In this document: in pieces, positions 8,576-18,060 of the stretch
Layout: the number at the start of each line of letters is the position of its first letter
How positions within the stretch are numbered: the stretch's first letter is position 1
Source: Minisyncoccia bacterium
GTDB lineage: Bacteria; Patescibacteriota; Minisyncoccia; Phycocordibacterales; Zambryskibacteraceae
Assembly: GCA_041742965.1 (NCBI GenBank)
Contig: JBGTNQ010000012.1
Coordinates: 1,379 to 65,378 of the forward strand
Length of the DNA: 64,000 nucleotides
Direction of reading: 5' to 3'
Position numbers and translations under genes: made by a program
Notes under the pieces: generated by a model
The model's database searches: none
What the model saw: only the letters and a program-made list of their open reading frames with translations
What the model was told of the DNA's origin: nothing

Positions 8576-8647
8576 AAATAATTTTGATAGTTAATTTATA
8601 CCATGAAACAGGTATTCTGCTATTTCTAACGGGATTCATAAAACAAA

Positions 8648-9655
8648 TTATATATTAAATAGTGGGTTAATAATTCCGAGTCCCGCTAGTCCTGCAAGGA
8701 GTGCGAAGAGGCCCAAGCCAATCACGACAATACCCGCGGATTTGAAAAATAAAGAAGCGTGTTTCCCTTGCGCGAATGATGCAGAGCCAAATGAGAGAAG
8801 TAGAAGCATTGGCAATGTCCCAAGGGCGAATGCAAACATAATAAGTAGCCCTGACACAAAAGAACCACTTCCCAATGCTGACACCTGCATTGATTGGGTG
8901 AAACCACACGGCAAGAAAAAGGTAGCGAAGCCGAGAATAAGTGGAGTAAAGGCCTTGTGCTCAATTCTTCTGAAAAAATTGAAAATTCCTGACGGCAGTG
9001 CAATTTTGTTCTTTGCAAAAATTCCGATTAAATTTAAACCGAGAAGTAACATCACGACAGATGCCAGAATCCCCAATATGGCCGTAAAGGTGAAATTAAT
9101 GCCGATCATGCTACCTACCGCCCCAAGAACACCGCCCAACACTGCGAAGCTAACCAACCTTCCTGTATGAAAAAGTAAAAAAGTCCTTGTATCACTCACA
9201 TTGTCTTGCGATATTTTTGCCGACAGCGACAAAACCAACCCTCCTACAATAGCAAGACAGGTTGATACCGAAGCGATGAGACCGATAATAAAACTTGTTA
9301 CCGGTGTTATCTGCCCCCCAATTCCGAAATTTAAGATTCCTGATTTCTGCAAGAGAAAAAACAGAGCAATAAATGTAAGCCCGATTGGTATAGCTTTCCA
9401 AATAACACCTTCGTCTTGATCTTCTTTGATTGATTTTTCAACTGACAATACATAGCCATTTGATTGGATTTTGCTTGAAAGGATTTTTGCCAACTCCTCA
9501 GGGCTTTGTTCACTATCTGTTTCTATTTTTACGGTTTCATTCTTTAAATCGACATGGGTGTTTTTTATAAAACTTTGTTCGTTAAGGGTGTCTTCAATAA
9601 GAATTTTGCATGAAGCACAATGGGTTCCGGAAACATGGAATGTGTATGTTTTCAT
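8648..9655 (-). CDS. HMA-domain (GTHCASC) fused to a DsbD_2/CcdA-like polytopic membrane protein
   Basis: N-terminal MKTYTFHVSGTHCASCKILIED is an HMA fold with the CxxC motif. Downstream are TM helices with the conserved Cys motifs STCLAIVGG and LPCGFTQS. Confidence 0.6.
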   Translation of the reverse strand: MKTYTFHVSGTHCASCKILIEDTLNEQSFIKNTHVDLKNETVKIETDSEQSPEELAKILSSKIQSNGYVLSVEKSIKEDQDEGVIWKAIPIGLTFIALFFLLQKSGILNFGIGGQITPVTSFIIGLIASVSTCLAIVGGLVLSLSAKISQDNVSDTRTFLLFHTGRLVSFAVLGGVLGAVGSMIGINFTFTAILGILASVVMLLLGLNLIGIFAKNKIALPSGIFNFFRRIEHKAFTPLILGFATFFLPCGFTQSMQVSALGSGSFVSGLLIMFAFALGTLPMLLLLSFGSASFAQGKHASLFFKSAGIVVIGLGLFALLAGLAGLGIINPLFNI

Positions 9656-9666
9656 ATTTATAATTT

Positions 9667-10305
9667 TTATTTATACCAGCTCGTGTACCAACCTTGCATC
9701 TGCTGTATTTCTGCCGTCTGTGATGTCTGAATATCCTTTGCAAGCTGAAGCATCTCGCTACGATTCGTTCCCGATTCAAGCATTCTGGCCATCATAATTG
9801 CCATCTGGTGATGCGGGATCATTTGTTCAATGAATTCTTTGTCGAAATCAGGCGCATTTTTAAGCACATCAATATCCTGAGTGCTTCCCATGTGCATTCC
9901 GCCCTGAGACATCATTCCACCCATTCCAAAGCTGGTACCAACAGGAACACTCTTTCCAAACCAATCGATATACCATGCACGCATTTCCTGATTTTCTGCA
10001 GTCTGAGCTTTGAGGATATCCTCTGCTAGTGTCTTAATCTCCGAACGAGTTGCTTTCTCCAGGGCCAGGTTCGCCATAGCAATTGCTCCATCATGATGCG
10101 GGATCATTTGTTCAATGAAGTGCTTATCGATGGTGGTTGCAACTTGAGTGTTGCCATTTATTCTCTGTTCAGACCCCGAGTTATTTCTCCAGTTCATCAT
10201 TCCGTAACCGCCATATCGCATCATTGGGTAAAACACGACTGCCAATAGAAGACCTATTACGATTCCGCCGATTCCATATAAGATTTTGTTGTTTTGATTG
10301 TTCAT
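9667..10305 (-). CDS. DUF305-family protein (duplicated IPHH motif), putative metal-binding
   Basis: FIEQMIPHHDGAIAMA and FIEQMIPHHQMAIMMA repeats with an N-terminal TM. Confidence 0.7.
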   Translation of the reverse strand: MNNQNNKILYGIGGIVIGLLLAVVFYPMMRYGGYGMMNWRNNSGSEQRINGNTQVATTIDKHFIEQMIPHHDGAIAMANLALEKATRSEIKTLAEDILKAQTAENQEMRAWYIDWFGKSVPVGTSFGMGGMMSQGGMHMGSTQDIDVLKNAPDFDKEFIEQMIPHHQMAIMMARMLESGTNRSEMLQLAKDIQTSQTAEIQQMQGWYTSWYK

Positions 10306-10328
10306 AGTTTTACAGTTAGATTAATAAG

Positions 10329-10529
10329 TTACTCTCCGACATACTTCACAGGATCGGCTGTAAAGTGATTCTTGCAGTGGATAGCGCAAAAGTAGTAGGT
10401 CTTACCTTTGTAATCAGCGCTTGCCTTAATGTTGTCCGCGTCAACTTCCATTCCGCAGACAAGATCAATTGCCACTGTCGGATCAATGAACTTATAGTTT
10501 TTGTTACCCTTAGATTTTTTTGTTTGCAT
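10329..10529 (-). CDS. YHS/TRASH-domain metal-binding protein
   Basis: DLVCGMEVD...GKTYYFCAIHCKNHF matches the YHS motif found in copper-ATPase-associated proteins. Confidence 0.65.
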   Translation of the reverse strand: MQTKKSKGNKNYKFIDPTVAIDLVCGMEVDADNIKASADYKGKTYYFCAIHCKNHFTADPVKYVGE

Positions 10530-10960
10530 ATGTTTATGAGATTAAAGATAGTAAAATAAATCTCATGCAAAGACGGACTATTTTCAAATAACGAAAGCCA
10601 ACGAGTAATTTTCCGAGGACAGCTAAGTTGACGTTCAGGATCATGCCGGACTCGCCACAATATATAATTCACTAAAGAATCGGGTTGTTTTATATAAAGA
10701 AACCCTTCGCTTAAAAATACAGCGAACAGAATGGCAAGCAGGAAGATAAAAGGAATTGATGGGACCACGCTGAAGAATGAGATGAATGCCTGGATGTGAT
10801 GGACCGACATCGCTGTAATGTTTTCCGAACATGGCGTATTGTTTACATCTGAAGCAATACAACCAACCGCATGACTGACCCTGTGATTCATTGAGGTAAA
10901 GCCAAACACCCCTATTACTAGGACGCTTGCAATTATTAGTAATGAGAGGAGTTTTTTCAT
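10346..10960 (-). CDS. small His/Cys-rich membrane protein; 3' end uncertain (overlaps the YHS gene in another frame)
   Basis: The N-terminal ~110 aa look protein-like (signal/TM, MNHRVSHAVGCIASDVNNTPCSENITAMSVHHIQAF, then a TM). The remainder is low-quality. Possible frameshift or fusion with the downstream YHS domain. Confidence 0.35.
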   Translation of the reverse strand: MKKLLSLLIIASVLVIGVFGFTSMNHRVSHAVGCIASDVNNTPCSENITAMSVHHIQAFISFFSVVPSIPFIFLLAILFAVFLSEGFLYIKQPDSLVNYILWRVRHDPERQLSCPRKITRWLSLFENSPSLHEIYFTIFNLINICKQKNLRVTKTISSLIRQWQLILSAEWKLTRTTLRQALITKVRPTTFALSTARITLQPIL

Positions 10961-13254
10961 TATAATTTTTTAGCCTTAATGCGAAGTGAATTCGATACCA
11001 CTGACACAGAGGACATCGCCATGGCAAAACCGGCAAAGACCGGGTTCAAGAGCCAACCAAATAGTGGATAAAATACACCCGCAGCAAGTGGAATACCTAC
11101 AATATTATAGATGAATGCCCAAAAAAGATTTTGTCTGATTCCTCGCATGGTGATCTTGGACAGCTTGATTGCTTTAACAAGTTTTGAAATATCTCCTCCA
11201 AGAAGAGTAATCCCCGCCGACTCAATCGCCACATCTGTACCAGTGCCCATAGCAATTCCCACATCAGCTTGAGCAAGTGCTGGAGCATCGTTTACACCGT
11301 CGCCGGCCATCGCAACTACGCGACCCTGTGACTGAAGCTCTTTTATCTTTTCAAGCTTATCCTGTGGCAAAACATGAGCCACAACATCATCGATACCCAC
11401 AAGAGATCCGATATGTCTTGCCGTCTTCTCGTCGTCTCCAGTGAGCATTACTACTTTGATGCCAAGTGCGTGAAGCTTCTTAATCGCCTCTGCTGACTCT
11501 GGCTTAATTTCATCTGCCACCATCACAAAGCCGAGCACTTTTTCTTTTGTTGCGAGAATGACAGGTGTCTTTCCTTGAGAAGTAAATTCATTGAGCTTAA
11601 GTGCATCAAACGAAATCTGGAGATCGCTGATGAGCTTTGCGTTGCCAACAAAGTATTCAACACCTTTGACTTTCCCTTTGAGACCCTTACCTTGTATCCC
11701 TTCGAAGTCTGTAATGTCAGATACAGAAATGTTTTTTTCTTCTGCATAGTTTACGATTGCATGCGCGATTGGGTGCTCAGATTTCTTTTCGAGCGAAGCG
11801 AGTATTGAAATGAGATCATCGTCACTTAATGTCGAAAAATTTTGTATATCAACGAGCGTTGGTTTTCCTTTGGTTATTGTCCCTGTCTTATCGACCACCA
11901 CTGTATTTACTTTATGAAGTTTTTCGAGAGTAGCGGCGTCCTTAATGAGAATACCTTCTTTTGCACCCTTGCCTACCCCTACAATGATTGCCGTGGGTGT
12001 GGCGAGTCCGAGAGCACACGGACAAGCGATCACAAGAATGCCGACAAATGAGACGAGGCCAAAAGACAAGGCTTGAGAGAATTCTAGATATTGTGAACCT
12101 ATAATGAGCCACGCACCTAGAGTAAGAAAAGCGAGCAAAAGAACTAGGGGCACAAAGACTGCGGATATTTTATCCACCAATGCCTGAATGGGCGCTTTGC
12201 TACCTTGCGCATCTTCAACCATTTTTATAATTTGAGCGAGGAGTGTTTCTCCGCCAACTTTTGTAGCTTTAAATGTAAAAGAACCGCTTGTGTTTATTGT
12301 CCCAGACACAACACTGTCTCCGATCTTTTTCTGTGCTGGCATTGGCTCTCCTGTAACCATTGATTCATCTACAAACGAACTTCCCTCTGTTATCACGCCG
12401 TCCACCGGAATCTTTGACCCTGGTTTAATAATAATCAAATCCCCATGCTTTACGTCATTTACTGAAACTTCTACTTCTTTTCCATCACGAATAACTAAAG
12501 CTGTTTTCGCTTGGAGATTGAGAAGTTTCTCAATGGCATCACCTGTTTTTATTTTTGATCGAGCTTCAAGATACTTACCAAGTGCAATAAAGGTAATAAC
12601 CACAATTGTCACATCATAGTATTGATACTCAACATTTATAAACGGGCGGAGCACATCCTCAAATGCACTGACTGCAAAACTGTATGAAAAGGCAGTAAGG
12701 GTACCAATACCAATAAGCGTATCCATGTTTGCCTTGCCGTATCGAAGAAATCTGTAAAAACCAAGTAGGTACGGCTTACCAACAACAAATAAAATGTATG
12801 TAGCGAGTATGGGCAGAAGATGGTGAAAAAATTCTTCAAGCGTTGAGCTCATCATCGGGACAATGCTGTACTTAGACAAAATCTCCCAAACCATAACCAA
12901 GCCCGATAAAATGGCAATGGGAATAGCCGAGATTACTTTAATCCGCATATCGGCTACTTCAGCCAGTTTCTCTTTCTTTGACTGATTGAGTCCTAAATGA
13001 GCCGAGTGCTCACTAGGAGACATGCCCATCTCTTCGGCTGTAGCAGGAATATCCAACGAATACCCAAGAGGTTCAATATGTTTTGATAAGTCATACGGAT
13101 TTGTTTTTGAAGGATCGAATGAAACTTTGGCCTTTTCTGTACCGTAATTGGCTTCTACAGAATGCACACCTTCAACCTTCTTTAGTGTCTTTTCAATAAC
13201 TGCAGAACATGAGGCACAATGCATTCCTTTTATGTTGTAGGTCTGTGTGTGCAT
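10960..13254 (-). CDS. copA: copper-translocating P1B-type ATPase
   Basis: N-terminal HMA (GMHCASC), the CPC motif ACPCALGLATP, DKTGTIT and GDGVNDAPAL; 764 aa. Confidence 0.9.
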   Translation of the reverse strand: MHTQTYNIKGMHCASCSAVIEKTLKKVEGVHSVEANYGTEKAKVSFDPSKTNPYDLSKHIEPLGYSLDIPATAEEMGMSPSEHSAHLGLNQSKKEKLAEVADMRIKVISAIPIAILSGLVMVWEILSKYSIVPMMSSTLEEFFHHLLPILATYILFVVGKPYLLGFYRFLRYGKANMDTLIGIGTLTAFSYSFAVSAFEDVLRPFINVEYQYYDVTIVVITFIALGKYLEARSKIKTGDAIEKLLNLQAKTALVIRDGKEVEVSVNDVKHGDLIIIKPGSKIPVDGVITEGSSFVDESMVTGEPMPAQKKIGDSVVSGTINTSGSFTFKATKVGGETLLAQIIKMVEDAQGSKAPIQALVDKISAVFVPLVLLLAFLTLGAWLIIGSQYLEFSQALSFGLVSFVGILVIACPCALGLATPTAIIVGVGKGAKEGILIKDAATLEKLHKVNTVVVDKTGTITKGKPTLVDIQNFSTLSDDDLISILASLEKKSEHPIAHAIVNYAEEKNISVSDITDFEGIQGKGLKGKVKGVEYFVGNAKLISDLQISFDALKLNEFTSQGKTPVILATKEKVLGFVMVADEIKPESAEAIKKLHALGIKVVMLTGDDEKTARHIGSLVGIDDVVAHVLPQDKLEKIKELQSQGRVVAMAGDGVNDAPALAQADVGIAMGTGTDVAIESAGITLLGGDISKLVKAIKLSKITMRGIRQNLFWAFIYNIVGIPLAAGVFYPLFGWLLNPVFAGFAMAMSSVSVVSNSLRIKAKKL

Positions 13255-13255
13255 A

Positions 13256-13531
13256 TTATTTTCTCTTTAGTTTATAAACCTTCAAAATTTCTTGCGTAGC
13301 TTTTTCGGTCCGACCAGATTTCATTTGGCCCAAAATACATCCACCAAGATGGTTTTCGAGCAATAAATCTTCGACATTAGAAAGTCCTTGTTTAACCGCA
13401 GAAGTCTGTGTGATAACGTCTATGCAATATGTATCATTTTCTATCATCTTTTGTAGACCCCGAACCTGACCCTCAATAAGCTTAAGACGGCGAATAATTT
13501 TGCCTTTATTTTTATCTTCTATGTATTTCAT
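13256..13531 (-). CDS. csoR: CsoR/RcnR-family metal-sensing repressor
   Basis: 91 aa with the DUF156 fold and conserved C...H...C residues (YCIDVITQTSAVKQ...GGCI). Confidence 0.85.
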   Translation of the reverse strand: MKYIEDKNKGKIIRRLKLIEGQVRGLQKMIENDTYCIDVITQTSAVKQGLSNVEDLLLENHLGGCILGQMKSGRTEKATQEILKVYKLKRK

Positions 13532-13542
13532 ATACAGCCATT

Positions 13543-13565
13543 ATATACCCCCTAGGGGGTATATG
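13543..13565. promoter_or_regulatory. CsoR-type operator palindrome tatataccccctagggggtatat overlapping the csoR promoter
   Basis: A perfect GC-cored palindrome 12-35 nt upstream of the csoR ATG. A TATAAT-like -10 overlaps its distal arm on the minus strand. Matches the known CsoR operator style (TACCC-N-GGGTA). Confidence 0.6.
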
Positions 13566-13610
13566 CAAGTGTGGATAAAAAAGACCCCAGCGACAAAACC
13601 ATCCCTCATA

Positions 13611-13862
13611 TCAGGAATTATTTATAAGTTCCAATTTCTTTTCTCTTTTCCAACTTTTTATTTCCACCTCTCTCGCCCTCGCTTCCTTTAGGGTTTTAAA
13701 CTCTTCTTTATATTTCAGAACAACGGGGCGTCTAATCTTCGTATAATGTGCGCCAGATTTTGAATTGTTGTGTTGCAACAACCTTCGTTCAAGATTGTTT
13801 GTAGAACCAATATATAGAGATTTATCTGCACACTCGAGGATGTAGAGAAAATACATACTCAT
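13611..13862 (-). CDS. GIY-YIG nuclease-domain protein (UPF0213-like)
   Basis: MYFLYILECADKSLYIGSTNNLERRLLQHN... is a GIY-YIG core; 83 aa. Confidence 0.75.
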   Translation of the reverse strand: MSMYFLYILECADKSLYIGSTNNLERRLLQHNNSKSGAHYTKIRRPVVLKYKEEFKTLKEARAREVEIKSWKREKKLELINNS

Positions 13863-13960
13863 ATAATACTACGTCGTCACCCCTCGCTTCGCTCGGGATG
13901 GTTAAAATATAAAACACTTAGGATAAGCATTAAGATTTTATACCAGCTGCCGGACTTGGA

Positions 13961-14112
13961 CCGTGAGTACACTATCGGTCACAAGTTCTGGCTTACTATC
14001 CAGACTCGCGACCCCGTCTCGTCCGCCCAAGGCGGACTGCGACTTTCGATTCCAATCTCGGCTAGAAATGATGCTTCGCGCAGACTGCATTTAGCAGTCT
14101 TTGCGAATCATT
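13961..14112 (-). repeat. tRNA-3'-end-associated element E6 (152 nt), flanked by 15-nt direct repeats of the tRNA-Gln 3' end
   Basis: gctgccggacttgga occurs at 14113-14127 (tRNA T-arm/acceptor) and again at 13946-13960. The element carries agtccgccttgggcggacgagacggggtcgcgag and ends ...aacttgtgacc next to the distal repeat. Confidence 0.6.
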
Positions 14113-14113
14113 G

Positions 14114-14184
14114 CTGCCGGACTTGGAATCGAACCAAGATACACAGCTTCAAAGGCTGTTGTCCTACCTTTAGACGATCCGGCA
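14114..14184 (-). tRNA. tRNA-Gln (anticodon TTG)
   Basis: Minus-strand cloverleaf: acceptor TGCCGGA/TCCGGCA (U1:A72), anticodon stem ACAGC/GCTGT with loop CTTTGAA, and T-arm CTTGG-TTCGATT-CCAAG. Confidence 0.8.
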
Positions 14185-14320
14185 AAATACTAACTAGCTG
14201 TTAGCTTATAGCTTAAAGCTTTTAGCTTAGAAAGCGGAAAAGATTCAAAAACAACAGCTGACATCATACAACTTACAATAAAATTGACAGAAATGGAAAC
14301 TTTTAGGCGCACTGAGAATT

Positions 14321-15382
14321 CTAGGCGTTGGTTGATAGAATTTTTATTAAAGCGAGCTCAACAGGGAGCTCCGGAATGTGAGACCTGCCACACTCTCCAT
14401 ACGCGCCCAAAAGCTCAGAAAGAGAAGATGAGCTAATACCCTGTTTTTCTTTTTTTGAAAGATCACTAAGAAAAGAGAAATCTTCTTCAGAGACCTTTTC
14501 CTTTATGGGCTTTTCCATATCTTTCGCAAATTTGAGTAATAAAACAAAACGCATTTTTTGTAGTGCTAATCTCAAAAAAACTTTCGTATCACTATTCCCT
14601 TCTAGGGCCTTGTGCAAAGCGCCAAGAGAGGCGGATACATCTGAGGAAGAAACGGCGCTCACGAAATCATTGATAATGCTATTTCTAGGAGCACCGGTTA
14701 TTTTTTCTACTTCCTCAAGAGAAATCTTTTTATCAGAAGAAAAACTCAAAACTTTTTGAAGCATTCCTTGTGTATCACGAAAGGAGCCGTCTCCTAAGAT
14801 GGCAATAAGCTCTGCGCCAGCGTTGTCTATTGAATACCCTTCAGCTTTTGTAATGGATACAACCATATCTCTCAAAATACTTTCTGTAGGCTTCTTGAAT
14901 TGAAATACCTGACATCGAGAAACTACAGTTTCGGGGAGCTTATCTGTCTCTGTGGTTGCAAGAATGAAAACAGCGTGCTTTGGTGGTTCCTCTAATGTTT
15001 TTAAAAGAGCATTGAAAGCGGACTTAGAGAGCATGTGCGCTTCATCCAAAATATATACCTTATATGGAGACTCGAATGGTAGGGTCAGGACAGACTCATT
15101 CAAGTCTCGCATATTGTCTACTCCTGTATTTGATGCGGCGTCTATTTCATATAAATCATTTGCGGAACAGCCAATTTCGCGAGCAAATATACGAGCTACA
15201 GAAGTCTTGCCTGTTCCCCGAGAACCTGCAAAAAGATATGCGTGTGCTATCGAGCCGTTTTTTATTGAAGATTCTAATACGGAAACAACATGGTCTTGAC
15301 CGACAACGTCTTTGAATTTTTGTGGGCGATATTTTCTATACAGTGCGGTTTCTTGAGTAGAATTGTCCCGAGAAGATTTCAT
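14321..15382 (-). CDS. dnaX: DNA polymerase III subunit gamma/tau
   Basis: YRKYRPQKFKDVVGQ, GSRGTGKTS, YILDEAHML and the sensor motifs. The start is taken at MKSSRDN because the longer ORF extension crosses the upstream gene's terminator. Confidence 0.85.
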   Translation of the reverse strand: MKSSRDNSTQETALYRKYRPQKFKDVVGQDHVVSVLESSIKNGSIAHAYLFAGSRGTGKTSVARIFAREIGCSANDLYEIDAASNTGVDNMRDLNESVLTLPFESPYKVYILDEAHMLSKSAFNALLKTLEEPPKHAVFILATTETDKLPETVVSRCQVFQFKKPTESILRDMVVSITKAEGYSIDNAGAELIAILGDGSFRDTQGMLQKVLSFSSDKKISLEEVEKITGAPRNSIINDFVSAVSSSDVSASLGALHKALEGNSDTKVFLRLALQKMRFVLLLKFAKDMEKPIKEKVSEEDFSFLSDLSKKEKQGISSSSLSELLGAYGECGRSHIPELPVELALIKILSTNA

Positions 15383-15447
15383 ATAGGAAGGATTATATAA
15401 CAGAAGACGAATAAGGAAAAATGAAAATTGAAAAAAGAAAGATGAAA

Positions 15448-15496
15448 GAGAAGGGAAAAACAACAGGCGGGGTTGCGCAATGCGCAAACCCCGCCT
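15448..15496 (-). terminator. Rho-independent terminator of the Big_2 lipoprotein gene
   Basis: Hairpin ggcggggtttgcgca/tgcgcaaccccgcc followed by gttgtttttccc on the minus strand. Confidence 0.6.
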
Positions 15497-15515
15497 TTGA
15501 TCCCGTGAGGGACCC

Positions 15516-16157
15516 CTACGGTCTAACAGTCACAAACATCCCAGCCTGAAGCCTGCCCATGGTCGGATGGACCGCCTCGGTCTCCGCCATGATTTGAATG
15601 GGCGAATTCGCTCCAGCGGGATTGACGGACCACGCGGTGATCTCGCAAGTCACCGGATTTACCGTGGCGACCGCTGCATTTGTGGAGAAGCAGCGATACC
15701 CAACCGAGATCCCTTCATCCGCAGTAACCTTCACCACCGGAGTGAACTTCTGTCCGACTCGCAAGTCCAGACTGGTCGGGGTGATAGTGATGCCCCTCAA
15801 CTGCGGGCGATTCACCACCACTACCACGACAGTGTCCTTCTTTGCCGGATCGGCGCGCGAGGTGCCAGAAACCCGACCCTTGCCGAGACCAACACCGGTC
15901 ACGAGACCGGTGGAGGAGACCTGAAGCACGCTCGGATTGAGCGAACTCCAGATGACATCCTTGTCAGTAGTGCCAGTGACGACAGCAATGAGCTGAACCG
16001 ATTCGTCCTGATAAATCTGTGACGAGTCAGGCGACAACCTGATGGTGACCGTGGGCTTTGACGGCCCAGTGGGGTCACCGTGGTCATCACAATCGTGCCA
16101 TCTCGTGCACCCCGCGAGGGTGACGAAGAAAAGCAAGAAAACGGTGCGAGCGAGCAT
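15516..16157 (-). CDS. lipoprotein with Big_2 (bacterial Ig-like group 2) domains, in a GC-rich islet
   Basis: Signal plus lipobox MLARTVFLLFFVTLAGC. The tandem domains VTIRLSPDSSQIYQDESVQLIAVVTG...LQVSSTGLVTGVGLGKGRVSGTS are Big_2-like. GC is far above the flanks. Confidence 0.7.
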   Translation of the reverse strand: MLARTVFLLFFVTLAGCTRWHDCDDHGDPTGPSKPTVTIRLSPDSSQIYQDESVQLIAVVTGTTDKDVIWSSLNPSVLQVSSTGLVTGVGLGKGRVSGTSRADPAKKDTVVVVVVNRPQLRGITITPTSLDLRVGQKFTPVVKVTADEGISVGYRCFSTNAAVATVNPVTCEITAWSVNPAGANSPIQIMAETEAVHPTMGRLQAGMFVTVRP

Positions 16158-16789
16158 CGTGCCCTCCTGGGGCTGAATGATTTGACTGAATATGTTACAG
16201 AGCTTTCTTGCCGGACACTACCATTTTAAATGTAAAAAGTCAAGAATATTTATAGCTAGTTAAGGTAGAGGTCTCAGACCTCTAGAAAACCCATAAATGA
16301 GGCTCTTTCATAAAGCCTCCCGCAAATATTACAACATTTCAATGCGGTCACTCGCGAGCGACAAGTTTAAAATTTTTTAAATTAAAATAGGCAAACGAAA
16401 AGGCGGCTGCTATTGAGAGCAAACCGCCTCTCTCATTTTTGATTGGTCCTGCGGGAGGGAGACTACTCGAAACTTCGGTAAAAGTCGCGCAGAGGAACGT
16501 TCCTACCACACCCAGTCAATGGATTGATCTGGTGTGGCGATTGGAAACCGTGATGGTTGGCCGTGCTGTGTGGGTGAACGGAATCAGCTTCGACAATCGG
16601 ATCAGTTTGATCCCCACTGCCGATCAATCCAGACTCGACCATCATTTCGGTGAGTCCATCACACTGAGCATCGCTTAACATCTAGACACCATACCTTCCT
16701 TGTTACGGGTAAAAATAATACTACGGGGGAACTACTTCTATTTTGATATTACAAATATGGAGAAGAAAGTCAACATCATAGTAAGTTTA

Positions 16790-17875
16790 TTATGCCTTTT
16801 CCACCCTTACTAAAAACTCATTCACAATAGATTCCACTTCCCTAACATTTTCTGCCTCCATAAGTTTAGTTCGAAGCTCGTGAGCTCCACTGAAACTAAA
16901 AACATCCGACTTCGCCAAAGCTACGCCAGACAAGTACGATTTGAAATGCTTCTTCATCAAAGCAAAACTTTTTGTATCACCCAAAAGCTCCTCAAAAAGT
17001 TTTGTATGCTCTACTAAGACGCGGAGTTTTTCTTTAAGAGAAGGGGTGTATACTTCGACTCGCTTCACTCGCTCAGTATGCTCAATCTGGCTATCGCGAT
17101 TCTCGCGAGCCAAATTGGCAAACAAAAACGGATTGCCGAAAATAGCTCGTCCAAGCATAACCCCATCGGCACCGCTCTCTTTTCCTTTTTTTATTGCATC
17201 TTCAACATCTAAAATATCACCATTGCCGAATATAAGAGTTTTTGATTTTAAACTGTCTCGAATTTCTACAGCACGACGAACCTCTTCCCACCTCGCTGGA
17301 ACCTTAGACATTTCTTTTCTAGTTCTAGCATGAATGGTCACAACAGATGGTTCTTCTGCAAGAAGCTCTGGTAACCAAGTATCGAGCTCGTCTTTGTTAT
17401 ATCCGATACGAGTCTTCACAGATACAGGTAGATCCCCCGCACCCTCTTTGGCAGAACGGAGTACTTCACGAGCCCGCTTATAGTCCTTCATCATACTTGC
17501 CCCAGCTCCCTGCTTTTCAATACTTTTGTCAGGACAGCCCATATTTATATCTATGCCATCAAAACCAAGCTCTCTACAAAGTACACTGGCTTTTTTCATA
17601 TATTCTGGATTTCCAGAAAAAAGTTGGGCTACTATGGGGCGTTCCTCTTCTGAATACATGAGGTCCTTCAAAAGCTTCTTCTTGCCATCTTCGGTGGCAC
17701 GGATAAGACCATCAGCTGACACGAACTCAGTCCACATCGCATCTGGCTTACCATACTTTGCTATGACATGACGAAAAGAAGCATCTGTGACATCTGCCAT
17801 GGGGGCGAGGACAATAATGGGTCGGTTCTCTTTTATGCTCGACTCTTTAAGTTTTTTCCAAAATCCAAGATTCAT
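16790..17875 (-). CDS. dusB: tRNA-dihydrouridine synthase
   Basis: PMADVTDASFR, DINMGCP and VKTRIG motifs of a Dus-family TIM barrel. Confidence 0.85.
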   Translation of the reverse strand: MNLGFWKKLKESSIKENRPIIVLAPMADVTDASFRHVIAKYGKPDAMWTEFVSADGLIRATEDGKKKLLKDLMYSEEERPIVAQLFSGNPEYMKKASVLCRELGFDGIDINMGCPDKSIEKQGAGASMMKDYKRAREVLRSAKEGAGDLPVSVKTRIGYNKDELDTWLPELLAEEPSVVTIHARTRKEMSKVPARWEEVRRAVEIRDSLKSKTLIFGNGDILDVEDAIKKGKESGADGVMLGRAIFGNPFLFANLARENRDSQIEHTERVKRVEVYTPSLKEKLRVLVEHTKLFEELLGDTKSFALMKKHFKSYLSGVALAKSDVFSFSGAHELRTKLMEAENVREVESIVNEFLVRVEKA

Positions 17876-18060
17876 AATTATTATTTAAGCACACACAATA
17901 TCACAATTGTATTCACCCCGTAGTAGATTTTGTTCCTGAGTACAAAATTCACTACAGGGTTGACCTTGTGTAAAGAGGAGTATAGACTTTTATATGGACC
18001 TCTTTATAGAGGAGTTTACGTTCCATCAATACCCACCATTTACCCGCCCGGAGGATTCAC

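Noticed and set aside
8667-9513. Short ORFs nested in the HMA-DsbD_2 gene (8667..8909, 8722..9018, 8742..9170, 9192..9401, 9201..9419, 9331..9513)
   Set aside because: All are nested within or antisense to a gene that has clear domain architecture. No independent signals.
10641-11036. ORF 10641..11036 (-) of 131 aa, rich in Cys, Arg and Trp
   Set aside because: It lies entirely within or overlapping the copA 3' end and the membrane-protein gene in another frame, and its composition looks like an out-of-frame artefact.
13961-14112. GGGGUCGCGAGUCUGGAU on the minus strand resembles the 5' end of tmRNA (GGGGCUGAUUCUGGAUUCGACGGG), which raised the possibility of a small or two-piece ssrA
   Set aside because: Only ~150 nt are available before the next gene. 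No tRNA-like T-arm/acceptor pairing to a 3' CCA-proximal strand could be drawn, and the same GGGGTCG motif recurs in all the tRNA-associated elements. It therefore belongs to that repeat family rather than to tmRNA.
13956-14204. ORF 13956..14204 (+) of 82 aa
   Set aside because: Overlaps tRNA-Gln and the adjacent repeat element, and has no translation signals.
15064-16090. Several overlapping ORFs on both strands (15567..16022 +, 15598..15924 +, 15899..16090 -)
   Set aside because: In a GC-rich region every frame stays open. Only the minus-strand Big_2 lipoprotein frame has a signal peptide and domain structure.
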